Shown: positions 48,306 to 61,730, numbered from the whole stretch's first letter. The stretch is DNA of 63,733 nucleotides, filler included, from Nemertoderma westbladi (GCA_032718475.1; 3 parts of 3 records of this genome joined end to end with filler, not necessarily neighbours in it); one strand, 5' to 3'. The notes: generated by a model from the sequence alone, not told the origin. Made by a program: numbers and translations.

Positions 48306-48830
48306 TTTTATATAATTATTTTTTTTTTTTTTAATATCCGGATATAATATTCCGGATATTTTTTTATGGTAGCTAGTGTTTTTCACTAGCTAAATTTTTT
48401 TGAAATTTTAAAAATACTGAATTTTTTTATTTTTGTTATAGGTAAGTGTTCGAGAACATTATTATATATTATTTAAGGTTTAGCTAGTGTTTTTTTTACT
48501 AGCTAGTATTTTCTTGAAATTGTAAAAAAACTTGTTAAAACATTGATATTTCAGAATTAGGCCTAAACTGTTGCAGATTATATTAATTACCAAAAATATT
48601 GATGATATTATAACAGTCACTGAATGAGATCCAGCTATTATCTAAGATAATAATTTAGGCTTGTTAACCAACCAACAACAAATACAGTATAGGCCTACAA
48701 TCTACATACAAAGCAAAAAAAAATACTAGCGAGTAAAAAAAAACACTAGCTACCATATAATAATATCTATTAAGGTTCTAGAACATTCACAATTATATAG
48801 TACCACTTAAATTTGGTCCCGGACAATTCG

Positions 48831-48930
48831 NNNNNNNNNNNNNNNNNNNNNNNNNNNNNNNNNNNNNNNNNNNNTTAATTAATTAANNNNNNNNNNNNNN
48901 NNNNNNNNNNNNNNNNNNNNNNNNNNNNNN
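48831..48930. other. Assembly gap with TTAATTAATTAA linker
   Basis: Same structure as 28239-28338. Confidence 0.97.
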
Positions 48931-49487
48931 CGGACACCAAACTAGGACACGTGTGCCTTCTCACCATACAAATTTTTCATCTCAGTGGACCAAACATCTC
49001 GACACTCTTGACACTATGGTGACACCCCCTCCCCAAATCCAGAACCGTCCACTAAAGGCCCTAACTGTACGTACACCGGTTCACATTCAGAATGCAAAGA
49101 CTAAACTGTGGGATCGTACTGGTTCTATTATAGGAGCCAGTGGCCGCAATTACCATATACGTTTACCAAGTGGCCGTGTTCTGTGGCGCAACCGTCGCCA
49201 TATTCGACGTAATATTCTGGAACAGGAACCGCAAATGAAGTATTCAGCACGATTACTCCCAAAGGGTATACTAAAAGAAAATCATAAAAATAGAATTCCA
49301 CCGAACAACAATCAGAAAAATAAATGCACTCTTAACCCAGCAACGGATGTTGTGGTATTCCAGAAAGATGAGCCTCCTACCGCCATGTTACGTAGGAGTA
49401 GTAGAATTCGACACCAGCCCATCCGTTATGACTCTACAAAATACTGACTCAGATCTCGTTAGACAAACTCAATCTTAAAGGGGGGAG
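48931..49487 (+). mobile_element. 3' end of a Ty3/Gypsy pol (integrase C-terminus) and PPT
   Basis: TKLWDRTG..RNYHIRLPSGRVLWRNRRHIR..RRSSRIRHQPIRY; stop at 49447; purine tract AAAGGGGGGAG at 49477-49487. Confidence 0.75.
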
Positions 49488-49661
49488 TTGGTGGGTTCTA
49501 CCCTTATTATGTTTATGTAACATTTAAATGCAGGTGGCGGGAAATTCAAAATGTATTCTAGCTTAGGATAAGTACGACTAATATACTACGGGATTACCGA
49601 TATACAGGATAAACTTAATTTACCTTTTTGCATGATCTAACTATATTATTAAGATCACAGC

Positions 49662-52600
49662 AGCAACCCGAAGGCTCCTCTCTACCGGAAGCAACCCGAA
49701 GGCTCCTCTCTACTGGAAGCAACCCGAAGGCTCCTCTCTACCGGAGGAAGCAACCCGAAGGCTCCTCTCTACCGGAAGCAACCCGAAGGCTCCTCTCTAC
49801 CGGAAGCAACACGAAGGCTCCTCTCTACCGGAAGCAACCCGAAGGCTCCTCTCTACCGGAAGCAACCCGAAGGCTCCTCTCCACTGGAAGTAACCCAAAG
49901 GCTCCTCTCTACCGGAAGCAACACGAAGGCTCCTCTCTACCGGAAGCAACACGAAGGCTCCTCTCTACCGGAAGCAACCCAAAGGCTCCTCTCTACCGGA
50001 AGCAACACGAAGGCTCCTCTCTACCGGAAGTAACCCAAAGGCTCCTCTCTACCGGAAGCAACACGAAGGCTCCTCTCTACCGGAAGCAACACGAAGGCTC
50101 CTCTCTACCGGAAGCAACCCAAAGGCTCCTCTCTACCGGAAGCAACACGAAGGCTCCTCTCTACCGGAAGCAACCCAAAGGCTCCTCTCTACTGGAAGCA
50201 ACCCGAAGGCTCCTCTCTACCGGAAGCAATCCAAAGGCTCCTCTCTACCGGAAGCAACCCGAAGGCTCCTCTCTGCCGGAAGCAACACGAAGGCTCCTCT
50301 CTACCGGAAGCAACCCGAAGGCTCCTCTCTACCGGAAGCAACCCGAAGGCTCCTCTCTACCGGAAGCAACCCAAAGGCTCCTCTCTACCGGAAGCAACAC
50401 GAAGGCTCCTCTCTACCGGAAGCAACCCAAAGGCTCCTCTCTACTGGAAGCAACCCGAAGGCTCCTCTCTACCGGAAGCAACCCAAAGGCTCCTCTCTAC
50501 CAGAAGCAACCCGAAGGCTCCTCTCTACCGGAAGCAACACGAAGGCTCCTCTCTACCGGAAGCAACCCGAAGGCTCCTCTCTACCGGAAGCAACCCAAAG
50601 GCTCCTCTCTACCGGAAGCAACACGAAGGCTCCTCTCTACCGGAAGCAACCCGAAGGCTCCTCTCTACCGGAAGCAACCCGAAGGCTCCTCTCTACCGGA
50701 AGCAACACGAAGGCTCCTCTCTACCGGAAGCAACCCGAAGGCTCCTCTCTACCGGAATCAACCCGAAGGCTCCTCTCTACCGGAAGCAACCCGAAGGCTC
50801 CTCTCTACTGGAAGCAACCCGAAGGCTCCTCTCTACCGGAAGCAACCCGAAGGCTCCTCTCTACCGGAAGCAACCCGAAGGCTCCTCTCTACCGGAAGCA
50901 ACCCGAAGGCTCCTCTCTACCGGAAGCAACCCGAAGGCTCCTCTCTACCGGAAGCAACCCAAAGGCTCCTCTCTACTAGAAGCAACCCGAAGGCTCCTCT
51001 CTACCGGAAGCAACCCGAAGGCTCCTCTCTACCGGAAGCAACCCGAAGGCTCCTCTCTACCGGAAGCAACCCGAAGGCTCCTCTCTACCGGAAGCAACCC
51101 GAAGGCTCCTCTCTACCGGAAGCAACCCGAAGGCTCCTCTCTACCGGAAGCAACCCGAAGGCTCCTCTCTACCGGAAGCAACCCGAAGGCTCCTCTCTAC
51201 TGGAAGCAACCCGAAGGCTCCACTCCACCGGAAGCAACCCGAAGGCTCCTCTCTACCGGAAGCAACCCGAAGGCTCCTCTCTACCGGAAGCAACCCGAAG
51301 GCTCCTCTCTACCGGAAGCAACCCGAAGGCTCCTCTCTACCGGAAGCAACCCGAAGGCTCCTCTCTACTGGAAGCAACCCGAAGGCTCCTCTCTACCGGA
51401 AGCAACCCGAAGGCTCCTCTCTACTGGAAGCAACCCGAAGGCTCCACTCCACCGGAAGCAACCCGAAGGCTCCTCTCTACTGGAAACAACACGAAGGCTC
51501 CTCTCTACCGGAAGCAACCCGAAGGCTCCTCTCTACCAGAAGCAACCCGAAGGCTCCTCTCTACCGGAAGCAACCCGAAGGCTCCTCTCTACTGGAAACA
51601 ACACGAAGGCTCCTCTCTACTGGAAGCAACCCGAAGGCTCCTCTCTACTGGAAGCAACACAAAGGCTCCACTCCACCGGAAGCAACCCGAAGGCTCCTCT
51701 CTACCGGAAGCAACCCGAAGGCTCCTGTCTACCGGAAGCAACCCGAAGGCTCCACTCCACCGGAAGCAACCCGAAGGCTCCTCTCTACTGGAAACAACAC
51801 GAAGGCTCCTCTCTACTGGAAGCAACCCGAAGGCTCCACTCCACCAGAAGCAACCTGAAGGCTCCTCTCTACCGGAGGAAGCAACCCGAAGGCTCTTCTC
51901 TACTGGAAGCAACACAAAGGCTCCACTCCACCGGAAGCAACCCGAAGGCTCCTCTCTACCGGAAGCAACCCGAAGGCTCCTCTCTACTGGAAGCAACCCG
52001 AAGGCTCCTCTCTACTGGAAGCAACACAAAGGCTCCACTCCACCGGAAGCAACCCGAAGGCTCCTCTCTACCGGAAGCAACCCGAAGGCTCCTCTCTACT
52101 GGAAACAACACGAAGGCTCCTCTCTACCGGAAGCAACCCGAAGGCTCCACTCCACCAGAAGCAACCTGAAGGCTCCTCTCTACCGGAGGAAGCAACCCGA
52201 AGGCTCTTCTCTACTGGAAGCAACACAAAGGCTCCACTCCACCGGAAGCAACCTGAAGGCTCCTCTCTACCGGAAGCAACCCGAAGGCTCCTCTCTACTG
52301 GAAGCAACCCGAAGGCTCCTCTCTACTGGAAGCAACACAAAGGCTCCACTCCACCGGAAGCAACCCGAAGGCTCCTCTCTACCGGAAGCAACCCGAAGGC
52401 TCCTCTCTACCGGAAGCAACCCGAAGGCTCCTCTCTACCGGAAGCAACCCGAAGGCTCCTCTCTACTGGAAGCAACCCGAAGGCTCCACTCCACCGGAAG
52501 CAACCCGAAGGCTCCTCTCTACTGGAAACAACACGAAGGCTCCTCTCTACTGGAAGCAACACAAAGGCTCCTCTCTACCGGAAGCAACCCGAAGGCTCCT

Positions 52601-55600
52601 CTCTACCGGAAGCAACCCGAAGGCTCCTCTCTACCGGAAGCAACCCGAAGGCTCCTCTCTACCGGAAGCAACCCGAAGGCTCCTCTCTACCGGAAGCAAC
52701 CCGAAGGCTCCTCTCTACTGGAAGCAACCCGAAGGCTCCTCTCTACCGGAAGCAACCCGAAGGCTCCTCTCTACCGGAAGCAACCCGAAGGCTCCTCTCT
52801 ACTGGAAGCAACCCGAAGGCTCCACTCCACCGGAAGCAACCCGAAGGCTCCTCTCTACCGGAAGCAACCCGAAGGCTCCTCTCTACCGGAAGCAACCCGA
52901 AGGCTCCTCTCTACTGGAAGCAACCCGAAGGCTCCTCTCTACTGGATGCAACACGAAGGCTCCTCTCTACTGGAAGCAACACGAAGGCTCCTCTCTACCG
53001 GAAGCAACCCGAAGGCTCCTCTCAACCGGAAGCAACACGAAGGCTCCTCTCTACCGGAAGCAACCCGAAGGCTCCTCTCAACCGGAAGCAACACGAAGGC
53101 TCCTCTCTACCGGAAGCAACCCGAAGGCTCCTCTCTACCGGAAGCAACCCGAAGGCTCCTCTCTACTGGAAGCAACCCGAAGGCTCCTCTCTACTGGAAG
53201 CAACACAAAGGCTCCACTCCACCGGAAGCAACCCGAAGGCTCCTCTCTACCGGAAGCAACCCGAAGGCTCCTCTCTACTGGAAACAACACGAAGGCTCCT
53301 CTCTACCGGAAGCAACCCGAAGGCTCCACTCCACCAGAAGCAACCTGAAGGCTCCTCTCTACCGGAGGAAGCAACCCGAAGGCTCTTCTCTACTGGAAGC
53401 AACACAAAGGCTCCACTCCACCGGAAGCAACCTGAAGGCTCCTCTCTACCGGAAGCAACCCGAAGGCTCCTCTCTACTGGAAGCAACCCGAAGGCTCCTC
53501 TCTACTGGAAGCAACACAAAGGCTCCACTCCACCGGAAGCAACCCGAAGGCTCCTCTCTACCGGAAGCAACCCGAAGGCTCCTCTCTACCGGAAGCAACC
53601 CGAAGGCTCCTCTCTACCGGAAGCAACCCGAAGGCTCCTCTCTACTGGAAGCAACCCGAAGGCTCCACTCCACCGGAAGCAACCCGAAGGCTCCTCTCTA
53701 CTGGAAACAACACGAAGGCTCCTCTCTACTGGAAGCAACACAAAGGCTCCTCTCTACCGGAAGCAACCCGAAGGCTCCTCTCTACCGGAAGCAACCCGAA
53801 GGCTCCTCTCTACCGGAAGCAACCCGAAGGCTCCTCTCTACCGGAAGCAACCCGAAGGCTCCTCTCTACCGGAAGCAACCCGAAGGCTCCTCTCTACTGG
53901 AAGCAACCCGAAGGCTCCTCTCTACCGGAAGCAACCCGAAGGCTCCTCTCTACCGGAAGCAACCCGAAGGCTCCTCTCTACTGGAAGCAACCCGAAGGCT
54001 CCACTCCACCGGAAGCAACCCGAAGGCTCCTCTCTACCGGAAGCAACCCGAAGGCTCCTCTCTACCGGAAGCAACCCGAAGGCTCCTCTCTACTGGAAGC
54101 AACCCGAAGGCTCCTCTCTACTGGATGCAACACGAAGGCTCCTCTCTACTGGAAGCAACACGAAGGCTCCTCTCTACCGGAAGCAACCCGAAGGCTCCTC
54201 TCAACCGGAAGCAACACGAAGGCTCCTCTCTACCGGAAGCAACCCGAAGGCTCCTCTCAACCGGAAGCAACACGAAGGCTCCTCTCTACCGGAAGCAACC
54301 CGAAGGCTCCTCTCTACCGGAAGCAACCCGAAGGCTCCTCTCAACCGGAAGCACCACGAAGGCTCCTCTCTACCGGAAGCAACCCGAAGGCTCCTCTCTA
54401 CCGGAAGCAACCCGAAGGCTCCTCTCTACCGGAAGCAACCCGAAGGCTCCTCTCTACTGGAAACAACACGAAGGCTCCTCTCTACTGGAAGCAACACAAA
54501 GGCTCCTCTCTACCGGAAGCAACCCGAAGGCTCCTCTCTACCGGAAGCAACACGAAGGCTCCTCTCTACCGGAAGCAACCCGAAGGCTCCTCTCTACCGG
54601 AAGCAACACGAAGGCTCCTCTCTACCGGAAGCAACCCGAAGGCTCCTCTCTACCGGAAGCAACCCGAAGGCTCCTCTCTACCGGAATCAACCCGAAGGCT
54701 CCTCTCTACCGGAAGCAACCCAAAGGCTCCTCTCTACCGGAAGTAACCCGAACGCTCCTCTCTACCGGAAGCAACCCGAAGGCTCCTCTCTACTGGAAGC
54801 AACCCGAAGGCTCCACTCCACCGGAAGCAACCCGAAGGCTCCTCTCTACCGGAAGCAACCCGAAGGCTCCTCTCTACTGGAAGCAACACGAAGGCTCCTC
54901 TCTACCGGAAGCAACCCGAAGGCTCCTCTCTACCGGAAGCAACCCGAAGGCTCCTCTCTACCGGAAGTAACCCGAAGGCTCCTCTCTACCGGAAGCAACC
55001 CGAAGGCTCCTCTCTACTGGAAGCAACCCGAAGGCTCCTCTCTACTGGATGCAACACGAAGGCTCCTCTCTACTGGAAGCAACACGAAGGCTCCTCTCTA
55101 CCGGAAGCAACCCGAAGGCTCCTCTCAACCGGAAGCAACACGAAGGCTCCTCTCTACCGGAAGCAACCCGAAGGCTCCTCTCTACTGGAAGCAACACGAA
55201 GGCTCCTCTCTACCGGAAGCAACCCGAAGGCTCCTCTCTACCGGAAGCAACCCGAAGGTTCCTCTCTACTGGAAGCAACACAAAGGCTCCTCTCTACCGG
55301 AAGCAACCTGAAGGCTCCTCTCTACCGGAAGCAACACGAAGGCTCCTCTCTACCGGAAGCAACCCGAAGGCTCCTCTCTACCGGAAGCAACACGAAGGCT
55401 CCTCTCTACCGGAAGCAACCCGAAGGCTCCTCTCTACCGGAAGCAACCCGAAGGCTCCTCTCTACCGGAATCAACCTGAAGGCTCCTCTCTACCGGAAGC
55501 AACCCAAAGGCTCCTCTCTACCGGAAGCAACCCGAAGGCTCCTCTCTACCGGAAGCAACCCGAAGGCTCCTCTCTACCGCAAGCAACCCGAAGGCTCCTC

Positions 55601-56378
55601 TCTACTGGATGCAACACGAAGGCTCCTCTCTACCGGAAGCAACCCGAAGGCTCCTCTCTACCGGAAGCAACCCGAAGGCTCCTCTCTACTGGTTGCAACA
55701 CGAAGGCTCCTCTCTACCGGAAGCAACCCGAAGGCTCCTCTCTACCGGAAGCAACCCGAAGGCTCCTCTCAACCGGAAGCAACACGAAGGCTCCTCTCTA
55801 CCGGAAGCAACCCGAAGGCTCCACTCCACCGGAAGCAACCCGAAGGCTCCTCTCTACTGGAAACAACACGAAGGCTCCTCTCTACTGGAAGCAACACAAA
55901 GGCTCCTCTCTACCGGAAGCAACCCGAAGGCTCCTCTCTACCGGAAGCAACACGAAGGCTCCTCTCTACCGGAAGCAACCCGAAGGCTCCTCTCTACCGG
56001 AAGCAACACGAAGGCTCCTCTCAACTGGAAGCAACCCGAAGGCTCCTCTCTACCGGAAGCAACCCGAAGGCTCCTCTCTACCGGAAGCAACCCGAAGGCT
56101 CCACTCCACCAGAAGCAACCCGAAGGCTCCTCTCTACTGGAAACAACACGAAGGCTCCTCTCTACTGGAAGCAACACAAAGGCTCCTCTCTACCGGAAGC
56201 AACCCGAAGGCTCCACTCCACCGGAAGCAACCCGAAGGCTCCTCTCTACCGGAAGCAACCCGAAGGCTCCTCTCTACCGGAAGTAACCCGAAGGCTCCTC
56301 TCTACCGGAAGCAACCCGAAGGCTCCTCTCTACCAGAAGCAACCCGAAGGCTCCTCTCTACCGGAGGAAGCAACCAGA
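49662..56378. repeat. 28-bp satellite array (gaagcaacccgaaggctcctctctaccg), about 240 units
   Basis: Directly visible; the stop-free unit creates the spurious 1780-aa and 458-aa ORFs. Confidence 0.99.
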
Positions 56379-56719
56379 AGGGCACGTGTGTATGTGTGAG
56401 TACGGGATTGATACACTTTAGTTAAGCGGGACTGTACAGTGAATAGGTTAACATGTAGTTAACCGGTACCACCGGTAGTACAGGTTAACCTATAGTTAAC
56501 CGGTATCACCGGTAGAACAGGTTAACATAAAGTTATATCTATAATCGACCGGCTGCATTGTAGCTGCGCACTCAATGAGATGTTATGATGGCTTAACAAA
56601 GAATTCGAGGTATAATAATAATTATATTCTTTAATCCAACATATGGAATTAATAATTTATAAAATAGCTAAAATAATTAATTTGAGGTATCACCATGCAA
56701 TGAACAATTGGCTTGCTGT

Positions 56720-56862
56720 GATGCAGCATGCATTAAGAATAATCTGCCGGCTTGTCAACGAAGTTGCACCATCACAACTTCCTATCCCCCCATGATTTTT
56801 GCATAAGAGGCGTCTCACAAAAGTCAGGGTTTCTCCATGGGGCTGCTAAAACACAAGATTGT
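56720..56862 (-). mobile_element. Degraded RTE 3' fragment
   Basis: gccggcttgtcaac..cctatcccccatga..gcgtctcacaaaagtca resembles the 3' ends of the other RTE copies. Confidence 0.6.
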
Positions 56863-56964
56863 TGTAAAATTTAATACTGTACACCATGAACTGTACTAAA
56901 TATATTTGTGGCGGAAAATTTGAATTGTAAATTGTCTTATTGCTTCCCTAAACCGTACCACTAT

Positions 56965-58413
56965 TAACTAGAAACGCAACGCGTTGCGTTTCTAGTTAGT
57001 AGTGGTAGGTAGTTGAAAAGGGTAAGGAGCCCTTTTCACCGAGTTATGAAGACCCTGAAATTGGTACGGTTTTTTTTTGTATATGTTCAGTTTGTTTACC
57101 GTCGATTGGACCATCCAGCCTATACTAACGTCTCGCAGTATATAAATAAACTTACGTGTAGCGTCGCTCAGCACGAGCAGCTGCTTACTCGAGAACGGGT
57201 AACCCGAGTACTTATCTCCTGCAGCACGAGCAGCTGCTTACTCGAGAACGGGTAACCCGAGTACTTGACTCGTGCAGCACGAGCAGTTGCTTACTCGAGA
57301 ACGGTTAACCCGAGTACTTATCTCGTGCAGCACGAGCAGCTGCTTACTCGAGAACGGGTAACCCGAGTACTTATCTCGTGCAGCACGAGCAGCTGCTTAC
57401 TCGAGAACGGGTAACCCGAGTACTTATCTCGTGCAGCACGAGCAGCTGCTTACTCGAGAACGGGTAACCCGAGTACTTATCTCGTGCAGCACGAGCAGCT
57501 GCTTACTCGAGAACGGGTAACCCGAGTACTTGACTCGTGCAGCACGAGCAGCTGCTTACTCGAGAACGGGTAACCCGAGTACTGACTCGTGCAGCACGAG
57601 CAGCTGCTTACTCGAGAACGGGTAACCCGAGTACTTGACTCGTGCAGCACGAGCAGCTGCTTACTCGAGAACGGGTAACCCGAGTACTGACTCGTGCAGC
57701 ACGAGCAGCTGCTTACTCGAGAACGGGTAACCCGAGTACTTGACTCGTGCAGCACGAGCAGCTGCTTACTCGAGAACGGGTAACCCGAGTACTTATCTCG
57801 TGCAGCACGAGCAGCTGCTTACTCGAGAACGGGTAACCCGAGTACTTATCTCGTGCAGCACGAGCAGCTGCTTACTCGAGAACGGGTAACCCGAGTACTT
57901 ATCTCGTGCAGCACGAGCAGCTGCTTACTCGAGAACGGGTAACCCGAGTACTTATCTCGTGCAGCACGAGCAGCTGCTTACTCGAGAACGGGTAACCCGA
58001 GTACTTATCTCGTGCAGCACGAGCAGCTGCTTACTCGAGAACGGGTAACCCGAGTACTTATCTCGTGCAGCACGAGCAGCTCGAGAACGGGTAACCCGAG
58101 TACTTATCTCGTGCAGCACGAGCAGCTGCTTACTCGAGAACGGGTAACCCGAGTACTTATCTCGTGCAGTACGAGCAGCTCGAGAACGGGTAACCCGAGT
58201 ACTTATCTCGTGCAGCACGAATGCTCCTCGAAAATTTTCAAAATATTGGAACTTTTCCTCTAGTAGGTCCATCCAAATTAGGTTGAAATTGAGTAAAGGC
58301 TTCAAAACGATTGAATTTTCCATTACAGACAGACAGACGGAGATGATTTTAGGCCCTAATACTAATTGAAATTGTGCACTAGTAGCTTCGCTCACTAATC
58401 GTGGCTCGTTCTA
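56965..58413 (+). mobile_element. Helitron/DINE-like non-autonomous element carrying a minisatellite
   Basis: 34-bp perfect palindrome at the start, aaaattttcaaa core, (caga)n microsatellite and gctcactaatcgtggctcg end resembling 4100-4338. Boundaries uncertain. Confidence 0.4.
57169..58220. repeat. 53-bp minisatellite, about 20 units
   Basis: gcagcacgagcagctgcttactcgagaacgggtaacccgagtacttatctcgt repeated. Confidence 0.97.
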
Positions 58414-58869
58414 CAGTATATTATTTTAATACAGTTCCAATTTAATAATTTAATAAATTTAATAATTTATTTAATATAGTTCCATCTAACAACTTCTGTT
58501 ATTAGTTTATTTAATACGTATGACCATTCAGTTTGACTAAACATTAACTTTTGTTACATTATGTCAACTTAACAGCATTCTGGTGAATTACTCGTAACGC
58601 TCCAAAGTACAGTACTACTGTACTTTGCAGCGTTGCGTCCTATAGAACGGAACGCTGCAAAGTAATCAATGACATGGAAACAACTTCAATTATATACCGT
58701 ATTCCAGAATGTATTATTTCCATTTATGTTAATGAGTGCTGCTTTATTATCCAGTTTGCAGTGACGGGACTAGCTACAACTGAATGTGAATAATTGTTTA
58801 ACGTGTACTCTAAAATCCATTACGGCGAAACGTCCACTAGAAGACACTAAAATGACCAAAGATAATCTT

Positions 58870-59116
58870 AATGATAGTCCTATATACCTGTGCTTTATAG
58901 ATAGTAGTAAAGCCTTTGAACTAGTAAATCACTACAAACTTTTTTCAAATCTATCTGAACGTAATATCCCGTTGTTTTATGTTAGAGTAATACGCTATTG
59001 GTATAGAGTTTGGGGGGGATGTATCTCAAGTAGTTTTAGGGTTACAAATGGGACCAAACAGGGGGGGATGTATCTCAAGTAGTTTTAGGGTTACAAATGG
59101 GACCAAACAGGGGGGG
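58870..59116 (+). mobile_element. Non-LTR reverse transcriptase fragment with a ~50-bp tandem duplication
   Basis: CFIDSSKAFELVNHYKLF..IRYWY..SSSFRVTNGTKQGG. Confidence 0.7.
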
Positions 59117-59404
59117 CTTTTTTCCACTTTTAAATATTGGCGTAATATTGGCTAACTTCCATTGCTGTGGTACCGTTGCTGTATCCATTGACTTCTGAAA
59201 AATATGTTTCAAGGGTAAACACATTTCAGAAGAGAGTTCTTTCAGCACAGCTGGGTAGACCTCATAGGGACCAGGTGCGCCTGATCCGTTCATCTTCGTA
59301 ATAGCCACAGAGATGTCTGATTCCTGGAACACGACCATTGTGATAGGTTGGTGGAACGGTAGAGGGTGTTGGACGTGGGGGATGACCTGACTGGTCAGGT
59401 CAGG

Positions 59405-61105
59405 GATCCAATTGAGAGACTGCGCCGTGGAAATCAGAATGGGTTCCGCAAAGGTCGTGGAACCATGGTGCCCATTTTGGCACTTAGAAGGATAATTGAA
59501 GAGTTATCAAAAAAGAAAGACAGGCATCTGGCTGTTATCTTTGTTAACGTGTAATCGTGTTAATCTTTGTTAATAAGTCACGTGCTGCGCGAAGGCCCCA
59601 CTTCGTGTATGATATGTAAATGATATGATAAGTAGTATAGATCCCGATATTAAACTCATTTTATATGCCGACGACAGTGCTCTTATTTTCTCTCATAAAG
59701 ATCCTATCCATATTTCCCAAAAGTTAAGTGCAGTTCTAGAATCCTGTAATGAGTGGTTGGTTGATAATAAGCTATCCATTCACTAATATAGTAAGCCATT
59801 CCATTGAGAGACTGCTCCGTGGAAATCAGAATGGGTTCCGTAAAGGTCGTGGGACCATGGAGCCCATTTTGGCACTTAGAAGAATAATTGAAGAATTATC
59901 AAAAAAGAAAGACAGGCATCTGGCTGTTATCTTTGTTGACTTCTTCAAGGCCTTTGATTCAGTCTCTCGCTCACGTATGTTCAGCATACTTTCATTATAT
60001 GGGATTCCTGATGAAATTATTGCAGCAATCAGATCAGTATACGATGGTTCAACAACATTTGTGTCTACTGTTGACGGTGACACAGTGACACAGAACCATT
60101 TGAAGTGTTATGGGGCGTCCTCCAAGGAGACACACTTGCACCATTCTTGTTCATTATTGTGGTTGACTATGTTCTACGCATGTCCTTAGATCATCATAAT
60201 GATGATGGGGTGATGATAACTCCACCTACTGGCTCCAGAAGTCGAGGAAATCCTGCCAAGTACCTAACTGATCTAGACTTTGCTGATGACTTAGGAGTAC
60301 TCTCAGGATCATTAGAGGGAGCCCAACGGCTCCTCAGCTCATTAGAACATGCTGCTTCTAGTGTTGGTCTTTTTATTAACTCCAGAAAGACCAAAATTCT
60401 GACAGTTAACTTTGAAAGTCCTCAGCAAGTATCTGATCGGATGCGCATAAGCTCAAAGGATGGTATGCTTGAGCATGTGGACGACTTCTGTTACCTGGGA
60501 TCATGGATCCGGAAGTCAGGAGAGGACCTTCGAATACGTAAGGGAAAGGCATGGGCAGCCTTGAATAGGCTTTCCAGGATTTGGAAGTCACCGAGAATTA
60601 ATCGGAAACTTAAGGTCCGATTATTTAGAGCAGCAGTGGTTCCAGTACTCCTCTACGGGAGTCCATGCTGGGCTCTAACTGCTGAGGACACCAAATCTCT
60701 GGATGGCACATTCACAAGAATGCTACGCCGGGTTCATTGTGTCAAGTACAATGCACACATCTCCAACCAGACACTATATAACATTGGAGGTGTCTAATTG
60801 GTTCCCCCAAGCTTGACACTAGAACAAAATCGCCTCCGCTTTGCAGGACATTGCTTTCGCTGTGAGGACCAGCCAGTGCATAATCTTGTACTTTGGCAGC
60901 CTCATGGAGTGAATAAGCATGGTGGACAGCCCATGACTTTCTTGAGACGCATCTTAAAGGACACTGGCCTTAAAGATGCGGATGATCTAGCAAATGTCAT
61001 GGGTGATAGGGAGTTGTGGCGGTGCAATTTTGTTGACAAGCCGGCACAGCATTCTTAAAAATGCAGCTGCAATGCAGCATGCCGATCCTAGTAGTAGTAG
61101 TAGTA
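59405..61105 (+). mobile_element. 5'-truncated RTE LINE with composite 5' junction and 37-bp TSD
   Basis: NQNGFRKGR, FVDFFKAFDS, GVLQGDTLAP, LDFADDL, FCYLGS; (tag)n tail; flanked by gttggacgtgggggatgacctgactggtcaggtcagg at 59368-59404 and 61106-61142. Confidence 0.92.
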
Positions 61106-61334
61106 GTTGGACGTGGGGGATGACCTGACTGGTCAGGTCAGGTATCTAGGTCATTGATCAAGAAAACTTGCCACCTCCATGCAGCATAAAGGAGGTGCCA
61201 CCTGTAGCTGCATAGTCCCTCTTACTAAGGCAAATCTGGTCCTGTAACTAGGACCCCCTTCGTACTGGGATATGGACGCCCTTGGTCCTGGATTAAGGAC
61301 CCATATACTTGGCTGCAGGGGAATATGGCCTGGC

Positions 61335-61730
61335 CAGGGCGGAGTACCGGATGGCGGGGCAGCCACAGGCGGAGTCCCGGATGGCGGGGTAGCCACGGGC
61401 AGAGTCCCGGACAGTGGGGTTGCCATGGGTGGAGTCCCGGATGGCAGGGTAGCCACGGGCAGAGTCCTGGGCAGCGGGGTAGCCAAGGGCAGAGTCTCAG
61501 ATGCTGGGGTAGCCATGGGCGGAGTCCCGGACAGTGGGGTTACCATGGATGGAGTCCCGGATGGTGGGGTAGCCACGGGCGGAGTCCCAGACAGCGGGGT
61601 AGCCGAGGGCAGAGTCCCAGATGCTGGGGTAGCCATGGGCGGAGTCCCAGACAGTGGGGTTGCCATGGGCAGAGTCCCGGATGGTGGGGAAGCTACAGAC
61701 GGTGTCCCCGATGGAACGGTAGCCATGGGT
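61335..61730. repeat. 30-bp minisatellite (ggcggagtcccggatggcggggtagccacg-like), about 13 units
   Basis: Tandem units; 10-aa periodic translation (xATPPSGTPP). Confidence 0.93.

Noticed and set aside
49628-56425. 1780-aa and 458-aa ORFs
   Set aside because: Translation of a stop-free 28-bp satellite cycling through three frames; no domain or coding signal.
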